Positions 11,331 to 23,940 of a stretch of 64,000 bases of DNA are shown in pieces (within the stretch, counting starts at the first letter, position 1; every line of letters starts with the position of its first letter). The DNA is taken from the NCBI RefSeq assembly GCF_009914755.1, contig NC_060935.1, one strand, 5' to 3'. The notes under the pieces are model-generated. The model did no database searches. It had not been told where the DNA came from and saw only the letters and a list, made by a program, of their open reading frames with translations. Origin of the DNA: the human T2T-CHM13v2.0 reference genome, Homo sapiens. Both the position numbers and the translations under genes were made by a program.

Positions 11331-12114
11331 CTCAACATCTTTTTACATGATCACGACTTGCAGTTTCCCAAATACACATTTCCGCAGCACATTTCCATGC
11401 CTCTGCATAGGCTGTCCCCTGGGGTCTCCTTTCCGCATCTTGTTTACCTGTCAGACTCCTCGGGGCCTTTGAGCTCTAAGTCAGGTATCTCTTCCTCTGT
11501 GAGGCTTCCCCTCTTCCCACAGGTCCCATCTCTGCCAGTCACTGCTTTCCCTTCCTCCTACGCTTTCAACACATCTCTAATATGGCACACGGTGTAATAC
11601 ATTGCCATTACCTGCTTATGTGTCCTCCCTAGCGAGTAGCCTGCAACATGGTAGGGGCTTAATAGATTTGATAAGGGCCGGTAGTCAGGGTAGGCTCTGT
11701 GGAAGCAAATCTTGAAGGATGGATAGAATTTTGGTGATAAAGAGAGGCCAGAGTCTCACAAATCCTGCAATATCTGTCCAAGTCAACATGAGACATTATT
11801 GGATAGATATTGCCATCAAGAAGAGGGGCCCACTCCCCGTGAAAACCGTGCACTCCTGTCTTCTCTCTAACAGTTAATGAGAACGATAGGTATTGATTTG
11901 CATATGATATTCATGCATTTTGCATATTTTCATTTACCACTGAATGCATGGACAGAGTTCTCAATCCTGTCTTTCAAGCCTTCTTTCCTTCATTTAGCAA
12001 CTTTTAATTAAATGATTTCTGAATATCCTGCACAATGCTAGGCCCTGTGAAGGACAAGCAAGCAGACATTTGTCCTTGGTGAGCTCACATCTTATAGCTT
12101 CCAGGGGCAAGGTG

Positions 12115-12340
12115 GAGGGTGCAGTGGTTTCCAGCTGGGGTTCTGGAATCAGACGACGCAGATATGGGTCTGAATATTGGCCCTGATGAGGTGTAGAATC
12201 TTGTGCAACCTGCTCAATCTCTCTGAGTCTTGATTTCCTCATTTATAAGATAAAGGTAATAACACATACCCAGGGGGGTTGGCTTGGCGGAGTGTTGGGC
12301 ACATAGCTAGAGCTCTGTGGATATTAGCTGTTGATTATAG
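12115..12340 (+). mobile_element. MIR SINE
   Basis: ttctggaatcagac...tctctgagtcttgatttcctcatttataagataaaggtaataac. Confidence 0.75.
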
Positions 12341-13157
12341 TTGTTTTTCCCAGATCCCTGTATGGGCGGATGTGCAGATCCCATTAAAATATCCTGGTTG
12401 GGCTCTGGGTAGGTGTGTGAAGCCTCTTTTCTCCCGCAATTCCAAGCCTTCTGAGTCCAGCTAAACTGCAGTTCAACTTAGAACAGGTACTGAGCAGTCC
12501 AGTGGGAAGCCTGAGTTGGGGGGGAATTTGGGGGAGCCTCCCTGCTTCCTGCTTGTCAAGGGCCCACCTCCCCTTGCTTCTTCAGTTACAAGCAGAATCT
12601 ACCCGTTCACATCCTTTCTCTTGTCTTGCCTTAAACATGCCTGAGAGAGATCATAAATTGATTTTCACCCTGACCTATAGACACCCGCAAAAGTCTTCTG
12701 GTTGGTCCCCAAGACTTCTGCCCCATCCCTGCCCGTCAGTCACTGTTCCTGTCACTACAGTCGCAGCGACACTGGGGGTCAGTGAGTGGGTTGAGAGAGC
12801 TCAGACAGGATGTATGGTGTGATTCATTTGCACCAGGGGATTCTGAATAGATAATAATTGTCTGCAAATGGCAATTAACAGAATCTTTTTAAAAATGCCT
12901 TGATGGTTGTAAAACGGAAGGCGAAGCACATCGTGCCTCTTGTTGCAAGTAATTACGGAGGCGGCCTGTTATGCACAGGTTTTGAGTGACCTGATATTTC
13001 CACTCAGACACTCTGCACAGAGACACTCCCTCAACTCCAGTCTGTGACCCTCAGACCTCATCCTCAAAGATGGCATTTGAAGAAGACTCACTTTGACTTC
13101 TTCCTGAAGCCCTTTCCTTGGCTTCATACGGAGCCCCAGAGCAGGGAAGGGAACTGA

Positions 13158-13508
<351 letters not shown>

Positions 13509-13514
13509 AGAACG

Positions 13515-13755
13515 ATCATTTATTAAAGAGTGTTGTATACCAAGTCTTGTGTTAGCTGCTTTTACAACCATTGTCTCAGTGCGTCCCTAAATAGCCTGGC
13601 AAGGAAGGGAATTTTATTCCCTTACTGTTTTTTTTTTTAAACAGATGAGGAAACCGAGGCTTAGAGTGGTTAAATGACCTGCTTGAGTCCAGTTAACAGA
13701 CATGAGGTTTGAACTTTGAAATACCTGCTTACAGAGCCCATATTCCTTTCCACTC
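13515..13755 (-). mobile_element. MIR SINE
   Basis: acagatgaggaaaccgaggcttagagtggttaaatgacctgc antisense MIR core. Confidence 0.8.
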
Positions 13756-13868
13756 TACAATGCTCCCTGCACTGTGCCCTGCCTGGAATCTCCTTCATGG
13801 TATTTAAAGCTGTTATTAATTATCCATTTATCTGATAATTTCTTTGCATCTTTTTTGGCTTTGCCGTA

Positions 13869-13948
13869 CAGATTGGTGCAAAAATAATCACAATTTTTGC
13901 CATTAAAAGTAACAGCAAAACCTGCAATTACTTTTGCACCAACCGAAA
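13869..13948. mobile_element. MADE1 MITE (Hsmar1 mariner-derived, ~80 bp)
   Basis: Inverted terminal repeats ttggtgcaaaa.taat...attacttttgcaccaa around a short spacer, flanked by TA dinucleotides (13867-68, 13949-50). Confidence 0.9.
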
Positions 13949-13954
13949 TAGTTT

Positions 13955-14060
13955 TACCAGGGCAGGGAGACACTGTCTTTCACATTCAGTGCTGTATTAC
14001 CAGTGCTCCTCCTGATCTCTATCCATGGGCAGTTAATAAATATTTGCTGAATGAATGACT
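13955..14060 (+). mobile_element. L2 LINE 3' end
   Basis: agggcagggagacactgtcttt...taataaatatttgctgaatgaatga. Confidence 0.7.
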
Positions 14061-15520
14061 GGCTTCTACTGGTGATAATGAATCATTGGAAGTGACCAAT
14101 ACAAGATTATCTAATGATCAACCAACATCTTTATTAAAAAAACGTTTTCATGTGAAGCCACAGATTTGGCACTGGCTAATCCAGGTAGGCATGAATGGTA
14201 TCTTGCAGACATCTACCCTGAAATAGAGACCTGAAGTTCATCTCTGCAATTCCTTTGTTGACAGGCTGAGCATGCAGCAATAGAAGACGACGTCCTCTTG
14301 CCTTGGCTAGATCCTAATGCCCTCGAATGCAGTCCAGCTTTCCTAAATGCCTCCTCTCCTCCTGCTTTCTGTCTGAGGTAGAGGAGAGGAGGCACTGTCG
14401 GGAAACCATGACCTTTCCACCTGTCAGAGCTCTAAAGCACTAAGAGGTGCCAGCTCATTCTCAGGGCAGAAGAACCAGTGTAGTCTCTCACTAATGTCTT
14501 AGCTCTGGTCTGTTCTAGATTCCTCAACCTGAGCAGGTTCATATGGTTTTGCTGAATTCTCCAAGTGTTAGTTGGGAGGGAGGATGCACTACAAATCAGA
14601 AAGAACAGTGCTAAGATTTGGATAGGGGAATTGAGGAAGAATGTCAATATTTTTTGGGTCAATGTTTGTAAGACCAGACTCTTAAATTCAAGGCAGCTAA
14701 GACCGGTTCAGGGACAGAGAACAGCAAGTGACAGGCATGCAGGTGGAATGCCAGGCTCAGCGGCACCACGTGGTGCGGGGATGGCTTATAATTTGAGGGA
14801 GACATTTGGGAGGAGGATGCTTCAGCCGCTTGGCTTCTAACAGCTTTTGACAACTCTGCTATTCTGATGACCTGAAATGGCATGTGTGTGACATGTGTGT
14901 TTCACCTCCGGAGTCAGTCAATGTGGCTCACAGAGTGGGAAGGGCAGATGAGCAGAATCAACGTGGGCAGGAAAGAGCAAAGGCAAGTGACAAGTTGCTA
15001 ACTCATGTTTGTCAAAAAGCATCCCTCTCCTGGTACTCATGCCCACCCCCTAACTGCCTCAGCCTTGAAAGCTCTGGAGAGGCCACAGGCCAGCAGGGAA
15101 GTCACTGCAGCCTCTGGGGGTGCCATCGTGGTGCCTTCTGCTTCCTCCTGCCCTGAGGAGTTTCTTCCTCTGATTCCTTGGTTTTGAGCCTTTGCCCCTA
15201 ATGCCAGCACCATACCTACTGCATCTGGATCTTCATAATTTGGCCAGAAACCTGCTTGGCCAACAATCTCCCCAGTGATTCTTACGGACATCAGGACTGA
15301 GGTCCTGGGGTTCTGTCATGTGGACTAAGGTAGGGGTGAGCAAGCTATGGAAACATTTAGTGACATCAGTGATCTTGTGAAAGCCACTAAAGGTATCATG
15401 GTTCTCCAAAGAGTTCCTAAAGGAAAAGACTGTTGTTGACCAAAGCCATTAGCTCCTAAAATACTGGGAATGAGGGAATCTTCAAAATCACTGCACATTA
15501 ATCCATTGATTTTGTAGGTC

Positions 15521-15930
15521 TGTGATGATTGATTTTTTGTGTCAACTTTGCTGGGACATGGTGCCCAGATGTTTTGTCAAACATTCTGGATGTTTCTGTG
15601 AAGGTGTTTCAGGATGAGGTTAACACTCTTGAATCAGGGGACTGAGTGAAGTCAATACAGTGTGGGTCGGCTTTGTCCCATCAGTTCAGGGCCAGAGTAG
15701 AACAAAAGGCTGGCCTCACCCGAGCAAGAAGGAACTCTCCAGCAGACGACCTCTTGACTTGAATTGCAATGTGGACTCCTTCCTGGGTCTCAGGTCTGAC
15801 AGCCAACCCTGCAGATTTTGGACTTACCAGTCTCCATCGTTGTGTGAGCCAGTCCCTTAAAATAAATCTGTCTTTCTCTATATATCGCTTCCTGTTGGTT
15901 CTGTTTCTCTGGAGAATCCTGACTAATTCA
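15521..15930 (+). mobile_element. MLT2-family (ERVL) solo LTR
   Basis: Starts tgtgatgattgattttttgtgtcaact, contains aaataaatct polyA region, ends ttctgtttctctggagaatcctgactaattca (TG...CA termini). Confidence 0.85.
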
Positions 15931-18699
15931 AAGCCAAAGAGTGCTAGAGCTGGGTCTAGATCCTAGATCACAGAGATGTGGGAATAATGATCTCCTTACA
16001 GGGAGCACACTAGCTTCTGCCATAGGAAGAACATCAAGCTGTATGTATGTGTGTGTGTGTGTGTTTGTGTGTGTGTTTTCCTGTGAGCTCCTTGGAGGCT
16101 GGGGCCCACATATATTATTTATCTCTATTATTGCAGCCCCAAATACTGAATCTGGCAGATAGTGTTTAGTGAGTGATGCATAGATGAAAAGTAAAAACAG
16201 AATGTGATTCCAAATTATTTGAATACTTCTGGGACTTTTAAAAGTGCAAACAGCAGAACACACCCCAGGGAGGTGAGGAGGTTGTGCACTTGTCCACTCT
16301 TAACTCTTTTTTACTATTGAATATCTTATCAAATAGGAACAAAGCCAGGGACAGGGTAAGAGTCTCCGGCTGGAGAAAAAAGTGATGGGGTCCCTGGGGT
16401 AAAGTGAGTGAACGCCAAGGGCTGAAGGAAAGGAGGGAGGAGAAATACCTCTTTGTGGCTGCCACTCTGTTGGATACTTGCATGTAGGAGCTTGTATTTA
16501 ATCTTCATGTCAACATAAATAAGTAGAGAGTAAAGCTTTTTTTTTTTTTTTTTAAATAAATGAATTGGGATAGGAAGTAGAGAAGAGGGTTAAGGAAAAG
16601 GGCTCTAAAACCTAACTCTAACCCTGCAGGAAAATAGGCCCTAGGAAGAAACCCCTCATTGCCGAAGAAGGGGGAAAGAACTCCGAGTCCACTGTGGAGG
16701 CCACCTCTGTACCCTCTAGTAGGTGCCTAGAGCTTGCACACTGGTTCCCCCGTGGCAGGAGAGTGGGGCCTCCTTGGCCTTTGACTTTGTTCTCAGATAA
16801 ACAAACAAAGAGCTATGGGTGAGATCTGGTTTGACTTTAATGGAATTTTGCTTTGGTCATCCACGCTCTGGGCTACCTGGACCCAGGACAGTGTGCATGC
16901 CTTCACCCAGGCCTGGAGCAGCTTGAGCGTGCAGTATGCAAACGGTGGGGCCGAGCGTGGGTTTGGCCTGCACGCTCTGCACCCAAACGCTGCATTTACA
17001 TGAGCTGTGCCTTCCCCAGGGCAGAGGAGAAAAGGGGCTCTCATCAAGTTCTCTCAGGTCCAGCTGAAAAAAACTCTCCTTTGGACAACTAAGCCCATGG
17101 GCTGGGTTGGTTTCTCCAGGGCAGGGCTCTCTTGGAGACAGAGACGCTGACCCATCTTCTGAACCAATTGGATCTGCATCCTAAATGGCAACCAAGCTGA
17201 CAGCCTGGCTCCTGCTGAGCCCAGCTTCATATTCCCTCAAGCTTCTATTTTTAAAGTTGCTGCTCCTGCTCCTGTCTGCTCTGTAACAAGTCTTGGACAT
17301 TGCCTATAAGCTGCTCCACCCCACAGCACTCCAGGATGAACCCCTGCTGTACCTGAGAGCTCCTAGATGCAGTCTGTCTTAAGAAAATAATAACAGACTT
17401 CCCTAATATGCAACTGGTAACCAGTTGTCTGCTAGGCTTTAGTTTTCCCGAGCAGCTGGGGCAAATACCCAACAAATACCGAACTCCCCAGGTCCCAGAA
17501 CAGTTTCCCCTTCTTAGACTTCATTGCCTTTCACCTCCCAGTTTATCTGTAAAAGAATATGCCAGCCATGGGAGGCAACATGAGGAGCTGTGTGCCAGAT
17601 ATGCTCACTTAAGGAGTTGATCGATTTAAAAAATTCAGGTAGAGGCATTGGAAGCTGGTTCCTGACAGCAAAAAGAAATTCTCCCCAGTCCCACTGAGTT
17701 AAACACCAGGCTGCATATTTTTCCTGCCAGGATGGACACTTCCAATAAAGCAAATTTTGCGGAGGAGATGCAGGCTGGTAACTCCTTGAAGGGGGTGCCC
17801 ATCTTGACTCCCTGTGAGATAAATATAAGTCCCAGGACAGTGTTACTCTCCTTTCATCCCCGTGACGACAGGCTTGGCCTTATTTGTGACCCTCCTTTCC
17901 AGCTCCCCCAGTTCATCTTTCTAAATGAGTCTGAACAGCCCAGTTCAGGGCCTGCCTGACTCACTCGCTGCTGGGTCTTTAGGGCCTATTAGCATTCCCG
18001 GTGCATAGTAGGTGCTCAAGAAATACTCCCTAAGAAAAGAATGCCTTTGATGTACCACATACTGGGAATTATCTTATGTATGTGCTCTTTCAATTTTTAT
18101 TTTTTAGCCTGACACAGATCTTGGAGGTGGAAGTGCTGTTATGTGCATTTTATAGACGAGGGAATTGAGCTGGGGTGTGGAGCTGGGGTTTGAATTCTTA
18201 TCTTCTCAATCCAAGCATGGGCTCTTCCACACATCACACTGGCAATGTCCGTGCTCTTTTTGCCTGAAAAACTCTGGGAAAGAGGCTGCCTTGAGACCTC
18301 TGACCCCTATGGCTTGGGGGAGGTACAATGGCTGAGGCTGATGGACGACAGTACTTTCTGCAAGCTGGGGCTCCTGGATTGGGGGCCACACTCCTGAGAC
18401 AGCAGAGTGGGAGCCTGGGGAAGCTCCCCCAGAGGGAAGTCAGGCCTGGCCTGGGGATTGTGGGGTGACCTTCGCTGCAGGGGATCCCTGAGTTTCTGCC
18501 AGCTCTGCCGGGAGCCCTGACCTCTAGAAGCTGGTCCAGGCTGGTTGGCAGGTGGCTTCCCTCCTGTGGCTGCTTTCAGGGGCAGCCCTACTCTCTCTTA
18601 GGCTCCATTCATGCTCTTTGAACAGGGAGGAGCTGGAGGACTTGGAAGGGAATGTGTGCTTCCGGTGGAGTTTGCTGAAGTGCCATGGAGGGAACACTA

Positions 18700-18860
18700 G
18701 CCTGAGAGTCAAAACACCTGGGCTTCAGGTCTGTCTTACGCAAGTCATGAAACCTCACTGAACCAGTTTCCCATTGGTAAATGTGCTGATGCCTCCTTCT
18801 CAGGGTGGCTGTGAGAATCAAATGAAATGATTTGCAGCACCATAGCAGAGATATGGTGCT
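18700..18860 (+). mobile_element. MIR SINE fragment
   Basis: caagtcatgaaacctcactgaaccagtttcccattggtaaa...ctcagggtggctgtgagaatcaaatgaaat. Confidence 0.6.
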
Positions 18861-19519
18861 GCAGGACACTGGCTGCAGACAGGTCTCTACTAGGTGTCAG
18901 AGCCGTCGGTAGGGTTAATGCAGGTCCCTTAAGAGAGATTGAGTCCTTCTCTAGCAATAGGACCTAGCATGACTCAAAAGCTTGCAGAAACACTTTAGTT
19001 GAACAAGTCTCTGGGACAAACCAAGGATTGTGGGGTCACAGAAGTCAACTGTTAAAACCTTGTGGTAATCCAAAGAGAACAGAGGGAATGCTTATGGAAC
19101 ACCAACACCACTTCTTCTTTCACCAAGTCCTCTCCCTGCTGCTCTTTCCCATGGGAAGGGAGCATTTTCAGAGGAGCCCTGAGAGATGGGGGCTCATACC
19201 CAGCCAGCAGTGTCCCAGCTTTCCTGGCCCTGCCTGGGGTAGTCCAAATGGAGTGCAGGAGACCGGTGCCCATGGGAAGCCTCCAAAAGTCTTGAAAGTT
19301 TGGATTTGCAATCACAGATGCCCCATGTGGCTTCTTGAGAGATGTCAGGACTGCCATTTGTGAGCTGTGTTAAACCTCAGATGTCAGGAGAGAAACTCTC
19401 TCCTTTCCACAGGGTCCTGGAACAGCATAACCAGTAGGACTGTAGTATAGGAACGTCCAGGGCCACCAAACTGGACCCATCTTGCACAGTGGAGTGTATT
19501 GCTTGCTAATTGCTGGATT

Positions 19520-19683
19520 GCAATGCCTGGGGATTTTTTTGATTATCATGACCGAGGGATGCTATTGAATGCAGCAAGGAAAGGCCAGGGAGGCTGCAGA
19601 CATCCTACAATGCACAGCATGGTCCCCCACAATCAGGAATTATCTGGCCCCAAATGTCAATACGGCTGAGGTGAAGAAACCAA
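19520..19683 (+). mobile_element. MER20 (hAT-Charlie) DNA transposon fragment
   Basis: aggccagggaggctgcagacatcctacaatgcacagc...gaattatctggccccaaatgtcaatacggctgaggtgaagaaacc matches the MER20 3' half. Confidence 0.8.
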
Positions 19684-20092
19684 CATGTGCAAAGCACTGG
19701 GCCTGGCAGGTCTAGGGAACAGTGATAATTCAGGTATGAAGCAGGAGCACAGAGTTAATGAAGGCAATGGCAAGAGATGAGGCTGAAAATGTAGGTTGGA
19801 GCCAGGCAGAGAAGGATCTTGGACACCAAATGACAAGGTTTTACTCAAAAAAAACCCCAAAGCATTCCGGGGTTAGTTAAAAGGCCAGAGCAGAGCTGAC
19901 TCCCAGCACAGGGCTCTTTCCATCCTATCATTTGGCCTCTTTCCCCACCATGTGTTAGACAAGACAAGAATGATTCATGGAGAACAGAACTAGCAGCCCA
20001 AAGCAAGTCACTTTTTACCACCTACAGGATAAAATCAGACCCCTTTGTGAACACATAAAACCACGTAGATATTTCTATCACTGGTTTACCAT

Positions 20093-20162
20093 CTGCATCT
20101 TTGAAGAGGGGCTAAATCAGTGTGAACATCTTTCCATGTCCATAAATATACTTCCTCACCAT
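20093..20162 (+). repeat. 70-bp dispersed direct repeat, copy 1 (copy 2 at 20731-20800)
   Basis: Hand alignment: 66/70 identical, offset 638 bp. Confidence 0.92.
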
Positions 20163-20379
20163 GCTGTAACTATTTATCTCTAGATCAGCCTTCTTGTTAG
20201 ATTGTGGGCTCCTTGAAGACAGGAACCATGTTGAATCATCGTTGTATACCTGGTACCTTCCATGGTGATAGAAATACTGAGTCCATTGAGCAGGATGGCT
20301 GGAAAAATGAAGCAATAGGAAGGAGCAGACTAGCCTGCTGCATGGTTGCAAGGACTGGGGACGGCTTCCCCCTACTCTC

Positions 20380-21110
20380 TTTTCCTGGTATATGAGAAAT
20401 ACATGCTCATTGTAGAAAAAAAAAAAAAAAAGAAAAACTATAGACAATCCAAAAGAGCAAAATGAAAATTATGCCAGCCCCCTGACCTCCCCACCCAGAG
20501 ATAAATACATTTAACATTTCAGTGGATATCCTACACCCTTTCTAGGGTTGTATATTCATGAGATTCACATGCACATATTTTTTCTTTTTAATTAAAATGG
20601 GATCATATTATACACGTTGTTCTGTATCTTGCTTCTTCACTTAAAAATATTTTGGAAACTAGTGCAAGAGGAGGCCAGGGGATTTGTCTTGAAGTTGTGT
20701 TTGCGTAGCAATCACCCATTTTTATGGAGACTGCATCTTTGAAGAGGGGCTAAATCAGTGGGAACATCTTTCTATGTCCATAAATACACTTCCACACCAT
20801 AGCATTTAATGTCTACAAGCTATGCAACTGTGAGGTTGTGCTATAATGTATTAAGCCAATCCTCAATTGTTGGAATTTGTATTACTTTTATGTTTTTGCT
20901 ATAACAACAATGCTGCGGTAAATACCCTTTTACTGAAATCTTTGCACACATCCCAGATTTTTCCTTCGTTTGAATTTCTAGAATAGAAACTGCTAGAAGA
21001 ACACAAAAATGCATATGGTACAGCTTTTGAATGGTGTGATCACATGGCTCTCCAGAAAGGTGGTACCAACATACATTCCCGCTAGTAATGTTCAGAGAGT
21101 GCTATGTTAG
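20380..21110 (-). mobile_element. Old L1 (L1ME-like) 3' region, interrupted
   Basis: aatacatgctcattgtagaaaa...aaaatgggatcatattatacacgttgttctg...ctctccagaaaggtggtaccaac typical antisense L1M 3' sequence. Confidence 0.6.
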
Positions 21111-21329
21111 CTCTTTGTGAACAAAAGCTATCATGCAGGGCCCATGTAAACACCAAGATAAGCTATTTCCATTCCATTCAAGGACCCATTTATATAAGTC
21201 CAGCATGGAAAAACTGTCGTTCTTGTTATTTTATAGTCTACCAGGTAAATGTACGCAGTTTTGGTAAGATGAGCTATGCAGTTGTTCACCTGTTTCTGAA
21301 CACACACACAAGGTAATACATGTAAGAGC

Positions 21330-22060
21330 ACCTAGCGCGGAACTTGGAACACAGCAGAAACTCAACAAATGCCTTCCATGCCCAGAATTGCTGCTGTGCT
21401 TAGAGCCCTATCATCCCTTATCTGGATGGCTAAATCCAGTCTCCTGTCTTGGAAACTGATAAGCCAATCTACATACCTGCCAGAGTGAATGATCAAAAAT
21501 GTAAGATGGAGCATGTTGCTCCCTTGCTTACACATCTTCAGGTGCTCCTCATTGTCCATACATGGAAGTCTGGACTCCTTGGTAAGGTTTGGAAGGCTCC
21601 ATGACATTCCCTGAGATCCCACAGCTTTATCCCCGACAGATCTCACCTCTCCCAGCTCACCCAGGTCCCAGCCATGCTCTCCCAGTGGGCCACCCAGTAA
21701 GATTCAGCCCTTCATTCCTCTGTGACCCAGCACAGGGCATTCTCTCTCCCTGAAACCTGTTGTCTCCCTTCCTCCCTTGTTTGTTTGCAGAATTGCCTCC
21801 TGGGAAACAATTCCATATGTTGACAGCCTTTTCTACTTGTCCCACCCAAGCAACACAATCCTTTTCTTCTATATTCCCAGAAAATCTTGCCCAATCATTA
21901 TAACACATCTCTCATTGCACTGTAATAATTGTTTTTATGTGTATATCTCCAGCTAGGCTGTTTAGAATCAGGACATTTTAAAATTTATGTCCATAGTCTC
22001 AACACCTGGCGTCAATCTTAGGACACAGTAGGTGCTTAATAAATGCTTGTCACATAAATG
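21330..22060 (+). mobile_element. L2 LINE fragments
   Basis: gccagagtgaatgatcaaaaatgtaagatggagcatgttgctccc...acacagtaggtgcttaataaatgcttg. Confidence 0.65.
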
Positions 22061-23659
22061 AACAAAATTATAATGTCCTTCCTCTCTTCCTTCCATTTGT
22101 CTAGCCATTGCAGGGCTCTGTCCACCGTAGTTACTATTGGTTACTACCAAGCCATCATTATGATGCCTTCTCCTTTTTCAAGTGGTGTTCCAGTTTCCAT
22201 GAACTGATATACATAATACTTCTGTCTTAGGATCAAGCAGAATCAGCTGAACCAAGTGCTTTGCTACCATTGGGCCTTTAGGAAGAGACAGAGCTGGCAG
22301 GGAAGGAGAGAGGGTAGGTGCATCACGAGAGGCAGAGCCCACGGGAGCATCTAGTGGGGAAAGCTCGGCTGAGTCTGGCTCTGTGGCTTCAACAGGGAGC
22401 CCCACGCTGTATCTGGAAGGGAGGACTGAACTTCAGAGGGAAAAGCAGGAGGCACAGTACAGGAAGACACAGAAAGGGAGTAGGATAGGGGAGATGGACA
22501 TGGAAGCACAGGGGAGAGACAAGCGGGGAGAAATTCAGGTTCAATGAAAGGAAAACAGGAAAAGACTGCAGAAGGAAGAAGATAAGGAAGCAACAGAAAC
22601 CCCAGCTAGCGTGGGTGTGTGGACTGCAGATGTGTAAGAGCAGCCTATCTTCTTCCGAGTCCACTAGAGAAGTGTGGCACAGGAGAGAGCCTTAGCTTTT
22701 TACTGAATGTAATTAATGACATTGTGGCTTTAAATAAAAACCAGCTATTCGTGGGGAAGCCTGACAGGGTTTCTTTTAACTTAATGTTTGCTGAACCATC
22801 CCTTCTATCTCACTTACCTGATGTGGAACATATGCTGGGATCAGAATGACAGAGAATAAATCACCAGATTTGCTTGGCTTCTTTGAAAAATGAATTTGGG
22901 GGCTGAGATTTCTCATCAGTATATATCTTCCCCGAGCAGCCTCTTGACAGAACATCAAGCTTGGGGGATGTCCCATGCAAAGGTAAACGAGTACCCAGAG
23001 GTGCCCAGATGCCCACATCTGGCAACAGATCCATCTCCTTGAGACACAAGCCAGGCCACCTGTGCTAGGCTGGCAGGTGTATCCAGGGCAGGATGTGAAA
23101 GCCTCCTGCAGTCTCAGGAATAGGATACAATTGTGGTCTTTACATGAAATCAACAAACATATATGGAGCTTTAAATATGCATCAAAAACACCACACAGCA
23201 GGGAGGCTTCTCAGCTTTGCCACTGGCAACCATGAGCATGCCCTAGTGTCTTCATCTATAAAATGGGATGAAGCTGCCTTATGGCTTAGTTTGTTATGAG
23301 TTTCAATCTATCATAGATGCTAAATAAAAGTTTGTATTTTCTCCCTGGATACAGCTAGCAGCTGCAAGAGCTCCCAGGCCTCTGGGCTGAAACAGAGGCA
23401 GGGACCAGGAAGCAATTTTAACTCTGGAAACTTTAGATGAGGGTGAAAAGGGTGGGTGTGGACGTGCATGTGGTGTGAGTGTGAGTGGGGGTCACGTTTT
23501 CTGGGTTCTTAGTCTATGTCTGCAAGACTTTCTAACTTGGCTCCTGACCTTTCACTTTAATATCTGTGTGATGTTGGACACATAATTTAATCTCTCTGGG
23601 TATCAGTTTCCTCATCTCTACAAGGGGGAGATGAGTTGGATTGACTACCTTAAAATTTT

Positions 23660-23940
23660 TTTCTTAACATTCCTTTTCAGGTTACAAAAGTCACACATAC
23701 TCGTTACAGAAAGCTTAGAAAACACATACAAAGATATAAACAAGATAATTTAAAACACCCATTATTCTACCACCCAGGGGAAACCAGTGTTTTGGTGTAT
23801 TCTGCTTTCTCTATGCATGGTGTATTAGAGAGTGAAATCATACTGTGTATACAATTTTGTTTCATGCTCCCTCCCTTTAATGTTAAATTATCATAAGCAT
23901 TTTATCTGTGTCATTAGAAAATTATCTGGACCTCATTTTT
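23660..23940 (-). mobile_element. Old L1M 3' fragment
   Basis: acaaaagtcacacatactcgttacagaaagcttagaaaac...gaaatcatactgtgtatacaattttgt. Confidence 0.5.
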
